Assembly: GCA_036172245.1 (NCBI GenBank)
Contig: JAYWIR010000009.1
Span: 2,418,001 to 2,482,000 of the forward strand
Direction of reading: 5' to 3'
DNA length: 64,000 bases
Source: Raillietiella orientalis
Taxonomy: Eukaryota
Shown: positions 38,681 to 51,539 of the stretch, piece after piece
Layout of the letters: the number at the start of each line of letters is the position of its first letter
Numbering within the stretch: the first letter of the stretch is position 1
Position numbers and translations under genes: made by a program
The notes under the pieces: generated by a model
The model's database searches: none
The model's input: only the letters and a program-made list of their open reading frames with translations
What the model was told of the DNA's origin: nothing

Positions 38681-41600
38681 ACCGACAAAGGATTCTCGGA
38701 ACTGTAATAACGTCAGGATTCAAACGGAGGATTTATCGTCTTCCTTTGGAAATCGCTTTCGGGAACGCTATCGCAAATTAATTAAATTATAAATTACAGT
38801 TGCATGCTGAAACAGGTTCACCGATCACGTGATTTATGTATATATATTTTTTTTCAATTGATAATTGCAGATTCCATGCAGAGAATCGATCTGCAAATAG
38901 ACCCTCCACGACGCTTATTCAGAACAGATCAATAAACCGGGAATGCATTTCCCGAGTTTGCAGTATCAGCTTCTGTTGCCTTGGATCTGTGATTTTATCA
39001 TCATACCTGTGAGCCGTTGTGGAAATCTGGGTTCCGGATCAGATTTTCGAGCATCGCGTACGCTCTTTGTCCCAAGATACCTTATTCGTCCCGAAAATAT
39101 TAGGATAGGAAAAACATTTTGTTGGCTTCTCTTTGTGAAGGTAATGGGAATCTGCTTTTTCTTTGGCCTTTTCTTTTGCATATTTTCGTTCCATTCTTCT
39201 TTGTAGCCGACGAAGGGAACTGGAATAACAGGAAAACTGTGCATGTCCGTCTACTCCATTCCGCTTTGCTCCAGCCGTTTTCACGATCAATTCCCGTTCC
39301 TCCCACACGAGGCATTCGCGATAGTTTCCCAGTAGCATCTTTGGCCACGAGCGCCTTTTTTTGTTTTTTTGTTTTGTTTTCCCCTTCAGCTTTCGCAGCA
39401 CTCATGGGATGAGGCAACCTGCGAAATGCAAGGCAGCACACCTAATCCGGGACGTCTCGTCCAAGTCGAGGCGTAAGGACTGCAAGACTGCTATCCCTTC
39501 AGAGGATCCCTCTGCAGCAGCAGATCAAATAGGAAGCGGCTCAGCCATTCGCGGAAGCTTTGGGCAGGAGTTGAGGGATTCAGAAGGACTGCCGTCATTG
39601 GTCTCGCTGCTCGCATTTTTCCTGTGCCTTCAGAATCAGTGAAATTTCTTAATTTTCCAAAACTTTAGAAAGCACGAAGAGACCCACGAAGATGACGAAA
39701 ATTGAGACGAGATGCGATGTCAATTGTTAATGAAACATTGTTAATGAAACGGGAAGCTGCATTGTTACTGTAATGGCATTCTCAATGCCCGAAAGGAAAT
39801 GCTTCGCTTCCTCTGAGAACGCGCTTGCAGATTTTTGTGCCAATGAAGATCGAACGTGAACTCTCAAAGGGAAAATAGAAAATTCCCTACCTCCCCCTCC
39901 CTCCTACGGAACAGAAAGCACGGGAGATGGCAATTCACAGTTGAGCCCATCCGGTTCGATCCCGAAGACGCTTTTTACCGAGACCAATTACGATTTGCAG
40001 GAATTAATTATTGCGATCGCTTCTTCCGAAAAGTCTCTTACTTTGGCCACAGTCGTATCGGCTCTTCAGAGATGGACGCAGGACGCCGACCTGAACGATC
40101 AGTGAATGCGGCGGAACACCTGTTGGCAGGTCAGCATGAGATTCGAAAACACATCACGATGGGTTTTGGGCACTGATAAATGTACAGCTAGGCCAAAAGA
40201 ATCCCTGCTGCTGAATTTAAGAACGATTCCCGTCGCTGAAGAACAGGAACAGGTAACTCGATCCCGTGGCCGCTGCTTGCACCGGCACAATGCCGCAGTG
40301 GGAACTCATCCGCTGCGTGCTGGATGTCGTTGGTGCCACAGACTAGGAGAGGAACCATCCTCAATTCCTCTACCGAAAGCATCGCTTTCCATCTGCCAGA
40401 CGGATGAAAACTTGCTGCTCCTTGTTTTCGATTTCTACAGCTAACTTCGAAGCCAATGTCCGAAGGCCACGCTCTCAAAACAGTGGACGCAGCTACATGA
40501 CGTCACGCGGACGTTCAGACAATTCTGCTCGCAATATCATTACTTTGCGTTGCTTGCTTTGCCCCTTTTGGAATTGCGCTTCAAAAATTCCACCAGTGTT
40601 TATAGAATTCCTCTTGCAACAGGGCACTTGTTGCCACTTAAATTATGACAGTTAGTTCTCATCTGCTGCGAGCAATTCCGTCCTGCACTGCAAAGCAGCT
40701 GGCAGATCACAGCGTTCTTGTCTGCCCCTAATCCATCACTTTCCTGGGTCAACTTTGGAAGAGGAGCCCACAATCTGCAAAGTTTCGCGCATGCCCGCGT
40801 GGTTCGGATGTGTCCTTCCACTTTAGGGTGCTCTCAGAATGGGAGAACGAATTCACCGTCGCAGTCGCTTCTCATCCCGTGGTGGATGTGTGAAGGCTCG
40901 AAGAGAAGGCGCCCTCAGAGCTCCGCGTTTGAATTCGAGATGACGGGAAACAGGAGGCGTTCCCTTCTCCGGAAAAGGAAGGAGGCCCGAGTCGGTGTGT
41001 AGCTTGCATGGAAGGACTTGGCTGGGTCCCTCGGATGCAAGGGGAAGCGATTGCCAGCACTTGCAGCGTTGCTGAGCTTCCGGCAGCGTGGCAAAGCGAA
41101 ATTGGTGCAAAATTGGAGCGCCAACCTGTGAGCCAGCAGCGCGGTGGGGTTGGTTCCCCTTAGAAACACGGAGCCCGATCGAATCAACTTCAAATCTGCA
41201 GATCGGAGTGCAGCTTGCTTTTGCGAAACAGCAACTTGTCATTTTCTCCTTCTTCTTCCTCTTGCGTGGGAAACAAACAGCAGGAAGCGGTGCCTCCTCC
41301 ACCTGGACCTTCGGATCAGTAGACGAGTCCCACACGGTCGCGAACTCTGCCGAGACCGCATCTACGGGGATGCTGCTTACAAAGACCTTTCTCGCCTCCT
41401 CTGCTCGCCACGTCAAGTACCGAATGTACCGAATGCTTTCGTGCTGAAGACTCACTCGAGGCGCGAAGGCTTTCTAGGACGAGGAATTCGGAATGCTTGC
41501 TGTAGGATCTTAGTTTCGGGAGCCGCGTTGCAGAGGATGCGGGAACTGCTGAAAACAAACAAGGGAAGACTTGCTGCTTCAGTTGTCCCGAGAAATTACA

Positions 41601-41844
41601 CAGCGCAACCGTTTTTGCTCTTCGGGAACAGCATCCAGCCGTCATCATCCGTTAATTCATGAAAAGCATTTTTTGTCAAATCCTCCAGAAGCTTTCGGTG
41701 CACTCAGCTATCTTTCACAACAGCAGCTTCCGTATTACTTTCTGATACCAAGTGTCTTTTGATGAATTTATGATGTGGCGTGCAACTGCCACATTGTAAA
41801 TTTTTGGTTTACGAGTTTCGTACCACTTAGCGGTGGAGGATAAG

Positions 41845-42221
41845 ACCGTAGAAAATCCCGAACGCCGAAATCGTGTAATCTTATTATAATCTTCATAACA
41901 TAGATGAATTTGTGTACTGATATTTATATAAATATGTAATTAGCAGGAATATTCATTTTTTATAATATTTGATATGTATGTTAAAATAATCATTGAAAAC
42001 TTATTGATTTGATTGATCAACTGCATGCCGCCGAATCTTAATGCATAAATACATCTGCTGCAATACTATTTAGAAGCAGACATATTATCATCAACAGCAA
42101 TGATAACATGGCTGCTAATAAATACGAGTGACTATGTATATTAAAGCGGATTTGTGTATTAATCCGTGCAGAATGAGCATATCTGCTTATTTTTTGGTGA
42201 TCTTTCGGGATTTTGATCGCC
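41845..42221. mobile_element. Possible MITE remnant: AT-rich island bounded by inverted AAAATCCCGAA motifs
   Basis: aaaatcccgaa at 41852-41862 and ttcgggatttt at 42204-42214 bracket a sharply AT-rich segment. Confidence 0.35.
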
Positions 42222-43018
42222 AGAAGCACTGCCAAGTGCTGTGTGGAAAACGAATCGCTGACTCTGTGGTGGAACCACAAAAAGCAAGAAGCACACCTCG
42301 TGTGTGACCACGTGTCCGTGGGCGAAAAGGAAATGCAAACGACGCAGATCCAAGAACGGTGTTCGTAGCACATTCCATGGACTGCCGGATGTACTCCTGG
42401 AGTGTTCAGACGAAACCACACAACTTGGTCGAATTACCAAATGGTGAAATTGCGCACCAAAGTGCCTCCCAAGTTTGGCGGAGAGCCGTCCAGAATCCGG
42501 CCGAGATGCGACTGGGAAGATCATGCGTTCCTCCAGACTGCATTCTGGCAGACCAATCCTGAGCCAGGCCGCCGTTCAGAATTAAAAGGAAATTGAGTGA
42601 GAGGGAACGCAGGCAGTCTGTCACTTTCCTGCTTTTGATTCGAGGATTCCACCGAGTCCGCGTCCATTGCGAAGGGAAACTGGGAAATCTGGAGTCCGTC
42701 GGACAAGGAGCACTTCAGAGGTCAGAGAGTTCTCAAAGGGGCAGCAAGTCCATGAAACAACGTGTGACGTGAGATTGTGCACCCGTGAATAATATCTGCC
42801 AATCTATGAAGTAAAGTACAACGCATTTACGGTAATCTTCGGCGGTTCCTGGGATCTCAACATGAGACACCATAACACGCGCGATGCTTCTGTGTTTGTG
42901 TCGAAAGAGTCCTCCCTCGAAATCAAAGGACGAAAGCGCGTTCTTCATCGGTATCGGAGGTATTACCATCAAAGGTACTCAAAGTCATCATTTTCAATCG
43001 CTTCCCAGATGAAACTTT

Positions 43019-43398
43019 GGTGATGGAAATCCTTCTTTTCTGTCTTCTCAGTTCATCGACACGGTTCCACGCCACCCGAGGGTGGTTAATTCTTCAAGAT
43101 AGGGGGTACCCCGGTAGGGGTCCGCCCTATGAATCCAGGAAGGACTCTCACGCCTGGGGAGGGATCCCCGGAAATTGTGATCACCTCCACGCTGGTTGTC
43201 TCCGAAGGGGAATCCAGAAGGGAATCCTCCTTCCTTATTCTCTCCGGAGGACTCCCAGGAGGGGTCCGCTCCATTCTTTCTTCTCTGAAGGGAAACCCGA
43301 AAAGGATCCGATCCTGGAATTTCTCCTCCGGAGGGATCCCCCGCAAGGGATCCGCTCCTGTTTGTACTCTTCTCAAGAGAACCCAGAAGGGACGCTTC
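43019..43398 (-). mobile_element. SINE-like element, copy D (5'-truncated, lacks head)
   Basis: Highly similar to 24130-24530 (tgatggaaatccttcttttctgtctt...gccacccgagg...ttcttcaagatag...ctatgaatccaggaaggactc). Homology stops before the head, as expected from target-primed 5' truncation. Confidence 0.75.
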
Positions 43399-45628
43399 TG
43401 GATGTTCTGTGAAACCATTCCGGGATTCTCACGGCACTTTCGCCATTTTCCAGGCATCCATGGACTCTCCGCTACCGAAGAGTATCGTTTCCATGCGTGT
43501 TCGTGCATTTTCGTGTGAGAACAAGCAAATAATTAACTTAATTGGACAAAGAATAAGGTTTATCTTCACCTTGCTGCTTGGTACTTTAACTGCTACACTG
43601 TCCCTAACCTTCCATTTTTTTCCATTGTAGAAAGTAGGCTTTCGAGCTCGCTTCCAAAAGAAAATAGCTTGTCAGAACCATTAGCTAAGACGGGGGGGGG
43701 GTTGATGTACATTGCCGGTCAAATCTACGATACTTAGACGGAGTCCTCGATGGCTATTTTTTCAGAGCGCCCTTGTATTTTCCTGCTATTTTGCGGCTTT
43801 CAAGGTCACGTCGAAGCTCATCTTTTCTTGAGCCTCGAATTCCAGAGTGTACGAAAAGCAAAAATCGGACACCCGTACTCTGTCGCAGCGCTTACTAACG
43901 TTCAAATTCTTCATCCTTGAAATGGAGACTTCCAAAGTCCATTCCGTGTGCTGAGGGCAAAACTGAATACTCAAAGAATACGAAAACGAGATCTGTGCTG
44001 ACGCACTGCAGAATACCCACGGAAGCAGCCACTCTGCAGCTGGAGAATGCAGTTGCATCCATAACGGATCGGACGGATCGGAAAATTAAATTTCACCTCT
44101 GCCAAGAGACGTTACAGGTGCGGAAGTGACCGGAATCCTTCAAAGAATTCAGACTTGCCTTGTGCTTCAAGTCTCATCAGCATATTCATGACAGTTTTGA
44201 CACCGTGGGATAGAAGCAGAATTTAATTCGCGAGCGCAGTTATGCTGCAATCGATGTTTTTAAATGACCACCGCAAAGAGAGAGAGGGAGGGAGAGAGAG
44301 AAAAAAAAAAAAAAACACTGCAGAGAGGGTGCTCCAGTAAACAGTAGACGATGGGGTTTAAGCAGCACGAATCGAAGCTGCCCTCAGAAGAATCCTGAAA
44401 CATCTATATTGCAAGGCATCCTTTAATAAGGTTCGAATTTATAATGAGCGCGTGATCATTAAATGTGAATGCGTCAAATCCGTCCACACGCCTTCTCACA
44501 TCCCAGCAAAGACCATCTCCACGTAAACATGGATTCAAAAGCAATCTGGAAACGGCACACCACATAAGTATATCCAAATGTAGAATAAGACGTGTTTTTT
44601 TTTTTTTTGGGGGGGGGGGGGATTCCAATGACCTTAGGGGCTTCAAGGAAAAATGCATCTCAAGATAGCGGTTACCACGGACGACCACGCCATCGAGGGA
44701 TTCAGATTGAAATCCACGTAAAAATCGGCATGCCAACAAAAGCACCACACTGTCAGCAACCTTGCGTAAGAAGAATCTTCGGTAGCAGTGAATTCGTTGC
44801 AGAATCGCTCTCATCTTAATAAGCGAGTGCTTCTGCAAAAACGAGCTTTCCTAGTAGCAGGTGCGAGCAGCCACTCAGTAAATGAAAGAGCACAGCCCGA
44901 GACTCCGTTTGTTTTTGGAAAATTCGAGATTTTCCCTCTCGCACGGGCGCGAATGCACTGAGAGTTTCCCCTTGCAGCACCTTTCTAAGCAAACGCAGTG
45001 ACCTCGGCGCGTGTTCCGAGGATCCAAAAGTGTTGAGAAACTTCCTGATTGCTCCAGCTGGCTGCTCGTGCCACTCTTCTTCCTTCGGACCGAAAACACC
45101 ACTGGAGTACGCATCATTACTCATACAGCTCTGCGGTTATCGCCGCCTCCCCTCACTTGGATTCTCCCTTAGCGTTTCTTCTTCAGTTGTGGCTTTATCT
45201 TGAATTTGCGTGTAATTCTTCTAATCTCTTGACTGCTCGAAATTAAGGAACCCAGAGCTTATTTCCTCCAGCTGGCGGCTACACCGCATCCCCCTTTCAT
45301 CACTTGATGTCTGCGCATTTTTAAAAGCATCCCCGAAAGCCTGAAACTTTCGAAGACCAGACTTTGAGCTCCCACGGCTGAATTCTCACGAGACAAATTA
45401 AAATCAATACTGCAATCGTCTTGATAAGCCTATTTAAATCCATCGACCTTTTCCTGCATTCGAGGAGAGTGCCGAGACGTTTCACCATGTGCTTGATTTA
45501 GCAAATGATCTCAGGGATTTGCGTACAACATCTTCCCCCACTACGTTCTGTGATGCCTTTTATGATTTGGCCACATTTTATTTCGCCACACCGTGACTTT
45601 TCATTTTCCCTTCAAACTGCATCTCAAT

Positions 45629-46374
45629 TAACTTCCTCCATTGATAATTATGCCTTGCGATAACTTCCTCTGCTGATAATTTATACATTGTAATGACTTC
45701 CACCACTGATAATTATGCCTTGCGATAACTTCCTCTGCTGATAATTTATACATTGTAATGACTTCCTCCATTGATAATTATGCCTTGCGATAACTTCCTC
45801 TGCTGATAATTTATACATTGTAATGACTTCCACCACTGATAATTATGCCTTGCGATAACTTCCTCTGCTGATAATTTATACATTGTAATGACTTCCTCCA
45901 TTGATAATTATGCCTTGCGATAACTTCCTCTGCTGATAATTTATACATTGTAATGACTTCCACCACTGATAATTATGCCTTGCGATAACTTCCTCTGCTG
46001 ATAATTTATACATTGTAATGACTTCCTCCATTGATAATTATGCCTTGCGATAACTTCCTCTGCTGATAATTTATACATTGTAATGACTTCCACCACTGAT
46101 AATTATGCCTTGCGATAACTTCCTCTGCTGATAATTTATACATTGTAATGACTTCCTCCATTGATAATTATGCCTTGCGATAACTTCCTCTGCTGATAAT
46201 TTATACATTGTAATGACTTCCACCACTGATAATTATGCCTTGCGATAACTTCCTCTGCTGATAATTTATACATTGTAATGACTTCCTCCACTGATAATTA
46301 TGCATTGTAAGGACTTCCTTCACAGATAATTATACATTGTGGTAACTTCCTCTACTGATAATTATGCATTGCGA
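45629..46374. repeat. Minisatellite: ~23 monomers of 32/33 bp with 65-bp and 130-bp higher-order periodicity
   Basis: An identical 130-bp unit restarts at 45661, 45791, 45921, 46051 and 46181. The last ~3 monomers are diverged. Confidence 0.97.
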
Positions 46375-46499
46375 TTGATAATGGATGTAACCTAACTCAC
46401 ATTCTTAAAGATCCAACTTGATCAAGATCTGCTCTGATCAAGATCGATGGTCCATAATTTGGGCTCACTATTCGTGCTCACATTTAAAGATTCTTTAAA

Positions 46500-47580
46500 G
46501 CAAGCGATCAATATTCTCCCCAACACCTCTATTCTTAAGGATTATGGGATTCTTGATACTTGATCGATGCTTGCATGGAGAAATACGAGGTGTCATCACC
46601 TTGCCGAAACGAACTCTTGACCGACGAACCCGGGTAATAAAGGCAAATGGCGGTTCTGGGATCAGCCTCCACCGGCAGTGAACTTTTGTCCGCGGAATTT
46701 TTCCCAGGATTTGCATAATTTTTGGCACGGAATTACAAGCTTCTTGCATTGGGTGGTTGTTTTCGGAACCTCGGCTTCCTGGTTTTGCTTTCTGGAAATC
46801 GGTCCTCCTGGTTGGGAGACGGAAACTCGTTCCGGCAAGCATCTGTTCTCCATCCTTACATCACGGCCTCACCTGAAACATTAATTATTAAATTCTTGAC
46901 ATTTTTATGAGATTTGCATCCCCGCGTTCTGCCTTGAGGACACCTTCGTTACGCTCAAGACCTAGAGTTAGCTCAAGGTGCTCAGGATCTTTTCAAGTCT
47001 TTCTCTTCTAATAAGCAGTACGCTTTTGGAATCATTAAAGTGCTCGTTAGAGGAAAAATGGACCGAATCCATACAGATCCTCAATCTGCAAGCGGGAGCG
47101 CACTGCAAAGACTTATCAAAGATGATTCCAAATCCTGGATCTTTTGACGAATAAGAAAGAGTAAGAGAAAACTTGATTTCAGCAAATCGCGAATTCATTG
47201 CACATCCTTTCAATGTTGGACCAAATTATTTCAGCTGATTCTAAATTTACGTATTGATGGAAACCGCGATGGGCCAGCGGCTCGCCGTTCGGAAACTGCG
47301 TTGCATTGATCAGGAATATTGAAGGGAAATTCTCATCGAAAGGACTCACCTATGCTGAATCCCTCGGAACTAACTCCGGTGAGAAAATCCAGGTGAAATC
47401 CAATTTTCAGCTTGAGTAGCAGAATATTTACATACATCGAAAGCCCTAGGATCCCCTGAGCGTGGAGTCTTCCCAGATCTGGATGAATTCCAAATTTCCA
47501 TCTAAACGGGCACAAATCTCCCATCTCTACGCGACGCAAGTCGTACCAAGATGCCTGGATAGTATCCAAATGAATGCAGC
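46500..47580 (-). mobile_element. Decayed CR1/L2-like reverse transcriptase remnant
   Basis: AQGILGLSMYVNIL resembles PQGSILGPxLFxIYINDL, followed in order by KDPGFGIIFDKSL resembling KDLGVxxDxxL. Multiple stops and frameshifts. Confidence 0.4.
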
Positions 47581-49080
47581 GATCATAAGATAAAAGGTAT
47601 TTTCCTTTTTTCCTTCCCCGAAGGAGGAGGGAGCACGTGGTACTGGACCCAAGCTATTTCATTTTACGTGTCAGCACTTTAAAAGCTTGGACCCAGACGC
47701 TGGATACTGCCCAGACGTTTGCAAGAAAATAATGGGGTGCTTCAGTATTTCTCGGCTTGTCGTTTGCATACATAGTGTGTCTTTCCGTGACAGTGCGCTC
47801 CCGGCTGCTCCCTGAAGATAGAAGCCTGCCATCCAAGTTTGCACACACGCAACACAGACCCAGGTCTCGCCGATTCTGGAGGGCGAATTCCAGAGTGGAG
47901 TAAATTACCCAGGAATCTCTTCCTCTGGTTAGTGCAGCCACACATTAGTCTTCTGCGCTTTACATGCGCCATCTCTCGAGCGGGAGAGAGGTCCGGGAAA
48001 GCGATTTATACTGCCGCATGTAATGACAATAAGGATGCATATGTAGGAAACGGGAAGGGACGCGAAATGCGTTCCCAGCGCGCATGCGCTTCCGATTCAT
48101 CCATCGAGGCGATTCGGATGTTATGGAGGGAAAAAAAAAAAAAAAAAAGGAATGAATTCTTTCGACACATCGTGAATGCAGATTCTGCCGCCTCGAGCTA
48201 TACATCAAAGAAACGAGCAGCTGACTACTAAATGGTCTCGAGCTGCCTACGGCAATGATGCCGAGATTTCCGCTGAAATGCTTGATTTCTAGGGGCGATC
48301 TTATCGGTGATATCTGAGTAGGGAGGAGGAAGCAGTTCTTCGTAGGTGAAGCGCGGGGAGGGTTCACGCACTTTTCCTCAGCCTCTGGCAGCCCTACGCC
48401 TATCGGGAAGCACTGAAAGGATGGAGCACACGGATCGATACGTACCGATTTTCGTTTCGGAGGTGAATCGAATGCAGACGGCGAGCACGGAAAAGCCTCT
48501 CCAGTGATTCCGACGTTTCCCTGCCTCGGGCGAAGTGACTATCAAACGATTGACAGGAAGGTGCAGCCGAAGAATTTCGATCGCCGCATCAAAGACGTGC
48601 TTAAGTACCACTTGAGGAGTCCACCGGGGAACTTGGACGGTGGTCACCCCCCCCTCCAATGACGCATCACGCGTTCACCGGACGAAAGGAAAGAGCCAAA
48701 GAACGCGTAGCCTTGGCGACACTGGAGCGCGTTTCCTCGGATACAGGAGAAAAACAGCCCGGAGTTCACCGGTCGGCAGAAAACTCTTTGCAGTCTCCGC
48801 ACCTGCCGATGCAGGCGATGAAATGACTACGAGAACACCATTCAGTGTTTTTTTTTTTTTTTTATTCATTCTGTTTGGTGAGCTGGGGGGTCAGTGGTCC
48901 TCATGATTCAATAGAAAACTACCTTGAGGGAAAATGCAAGACGTACCCACGAAACACGAAGTCACCACGAGTTTTTTTTTTGGGGGGGGTTGCTCCTGGA
49001 GTCCGCGAGGATCTGGCTCCTCTGTGTGAGGATTTCGGACTAGAAGGAAAAAATATCACAATTTCGAATCCAGCGAGTCG

Positions 49081-49335
49081 TCAGACGTGGGTGCCCAGCT
49101 GCCCTCCTAAGCACGGGAACGATGGGCATTTTATCTGGCGCAAAGTCGGAACTGTTTCTTTGGATACGTGGTTCTCTAAGAGTGGGACGTTTTGAACTTT
49201 GGAGCTCGTCTTCTGAGTCTGCGGAACGCCGCCACTGTTCCCACTGTACACTGAATTTTTGCTAGCACTTAGGGGAGAGTTGTAATCCATGTAGCACGTG
49301 GAGGACACAAATCCGTTATTCACGTTGTGATATGT
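49081..49335 (-). CDS. kirre: Kirre/Rst-like last coding exon: cytoplasmic tail ending in PDZ-binding motif THV
   Basis: Encodes TYHNVNNGFVSSTCYMDYNSP...GGQLGTHV followed by TGA. A C-terminal THV is the known conserved end of Kirre/Neph proteins. Confidence 0.85.
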   Translation of the reverse strand, partial: TYHNVNNGFVSSTCYMDYNSPLSASKNSVYSGNSGGVPQTQKTSSKVQNVPLLENHVSKETVPTLRQIKCPSFPCLGGQLGTHV

Positions 49336-49380
49336 CTGCCGCACAGATACGCCGTCAGATCCACGCAAGTGCATCCTAAC

Positions 49381-49586
49381 CTGCTTGTCGAACTTGTTGT
49401 ACGCATTGCCGGAAGCCTCCCTGGTCAGGTGCTTCTTGGGGTCACCGTTCACCTCATGCCACTGAGTCGACGACAGGTTGACTGCGCTCGACGAACTCAC
49501 TTCCGACCTGACGGAGGGATCCAGCACGTTTTGCATCCGCGACATCATGTTCACGGGGATGCTCTTCGTGGTTACGGTCGGGGACT
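49381..49586 (-). CDS. kirre: Kirre/Rst-like exon: cytoplasmic tail, part 1
   Basis: Phase-compatible acceptor tcttcccag|. Encodes ESPTVTTKSIPVNMMSR...NAYNKFDKQ. Followed by a putative 45-nt in-frame intron GTTAGG...CGGCAG (49336-49380) containing CTGAC. Confidence 0.7.
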
Positions 49587-49962
49587 CTGGGAAGACGGAA
49601 ATGGACGGTCGGGAGGAGAGCAAACAACGCGCGCGCGTCAGCGCCAGCGACGGACTTCCGGAGAGCCACACCCCGGACCATGCTGCTCAAGTCCGTGAGC
49701 CTCCTCCTCTTTTTTTATCCTTTTTTTCTGGGATGGTTCGCCTAACACTACCACAAGGACACCGTGGGGCGTGTCTTGTCGCCTAAAGACCGTAATTTCT
49801 GGTCTTGTCAAAATTCCTGCCCATGCCGGGGGACACGAAGGCAACCGGGTATTCCGTGCTCACGTGTCCCCCGCAGGAGCGCTGCCTGCGTTTTGAATTT
49901 GATAACGCAGAGGAGAAAATGGGATCGATTTCTTCTTATTAGATTGCTTCTTGCAATATTAC

Positions 49963-50067
49963 CTTTATTTCTGCGTCTCTGATAAAAAATTGCTGCTATT
50001 ATTACAGAAGCCGTCAGCACAATTCCTGCTATGATCCCTAATAAGATCATGTAAAATGGGAGCGTTC
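49963..50067 (-). CDS. kirre: Kirre/Rst-like exon: transmembrane helix
   Basis: Poly-T acceptor tttcag|. Encodes RTLPFYMILLGIIAGIVLTASVIIAAIFYQRRRNK, a hydrophobic segment followed by a basic stop-transfer motif. Donor AAG|GTAATA. Phase 1 to 1. Confidence 0.88.
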
Positions 50068-50840
50068 CTGAAAAAAAAAAAAAGAAAAACACGTCAACAC
50101 GGAAAAGATTTACATCCGCTGGTCGTTCCAATACAATTCCAAAATGGATGGGAAAACATGTATTTTCCTTTCGGAAGCAAAAACGACAACAACAACAACA
50201 ACAAAGGGAAAGGGCAAAAAGTGATACAGATGCAGTCGCTGTTTCTCTGAAGGCCGTCGGAGATTTGGCCAAAAGTTTTACGACACGTTATCTGCTTCAG
50301 TACCATCGCGGCGAAATTTATTCTTTTCGGAACGAGCAAGCAATGCTTTCTCTCTTATTTATTTATTTTTGGCTTCGCTTTGGATGCTGAGACGGCAGTA
50401 TAACTTCCGGGCACTAAAAACTCGGGATGAGCCCACGTTTTCAGTGAACGGAGGTAAAGTAGAAATCAAGAAGACACATCATCATTTGAATGCTAAGAAG
50501 CTAATCTCGAAGAAATGGACTTTTAGAAACGAAGGGCGAAAGGTTGCTGACGTCGCTGGCCGGTCTACTCGATCCGGTGAAGATGTCTGCTTATTTACTT
50601 CGCTTGAGCGAGATCGCTTCGACCGGGAAAGGTGCTCACTCAAATTGCCTTCCGGGGTGGCAGCGGTCAGAATAGGAAGTAACCAGTAAGATGCGGATGC
50701 AGTATCAACGCCTAGTCGTCAATGCAAATCGAGTGAAAACGAATACCAGCGACACGATAAAGATTAGAAAGGTAGGTTGATGCACGATTCTCCTGCATCC
50801 ACATCCATCTAATACCAATGAAACATCTGTGCCAACTTAC

Positions 50841-50999
50841 TTTCCATCTTCAGAAGCATTTGGTTTGTTACTTCCGCGTAGGAATTCTTCACAGTGCAGT
50901 TATAAAAGCCAAAATCCTCATCTGTTGAAGACTGGATTATTAAGATGCTTTTCACACCAGTCACATTGGGTTCTTCTATGACGCTGTAACGTGTATCGC
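50841..50999 (-). CDS. kirre: Kirre/Rst-like exon: end of Ig5
   Basis: Acceptor atccag|. Encodes GDTRYSVIEEP...KSILIIQSSTDEDFGFYNCTVKNSYAEVTNQMLLKME (DFGxYNCTV-N Ig motif). Donor A|GTAAGT. Phase 1 to 1. Confidence 0.9.
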
Positions 51000-51539
51000 C
51001 TGGATCGAGCAAGTACATACATTAAACAATTATATTTTAAGCGACAGATTCATGATAAATGACTCTTCCAGGATTCCTTTGAAATGACTGAAAATGCCCC
51101 TCCCCTGCGCTCCCCAATTCAAGCCTGAATTTTAAAGCAGAAAGATGGGAAGCGTGATAAACCCACACATGCATGGAGATCCGTGTGATCTGCTTGCAGC
51201 CTCACCGGATCCAGAAGTGGAGGATAACAAAAATGTTTCACAAGAGCATGCATTCCACCACAGAAAAGAATCGAACCCACCCCGGTCGCAAAAACCCATT
51301 AAACGACTGCTTGCTGAAGACAACATCCAGTGTTCAGTAAGGACCAACTGGAGTTTCTCAAGATCTGCAAGGAGCCGAACTCATCAGATTGGACAATGAT
51401 CCACGGAGGTCACTCTCTCGCCACCAGCTCGGGTGCCGAGATTTCGGTGTAAATTCTTGATGTAGCCGCGACTGTACGTTGACAAAAAACAGTACAGAAG
51501 GGAGACGATTGAATCACCAATCGGTGCTTTTCCGGAAAT

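Noticed and set aside
44145..44187. Hammerhead-like motif on the minus strand: CTGATGA followed by stem GACTTG/CAAGTC
   Set aside because: The stem is followed by TGAAT, not the required GAAA, and no stems I/III with an NUH cleavage site could be built.
45629..46374. CRISPR-like periodicity of ~32 bp
   Set aside because: There are no unique spacers and no cas genes; the context is eukaryotic and the array is a pure tandem repeat.
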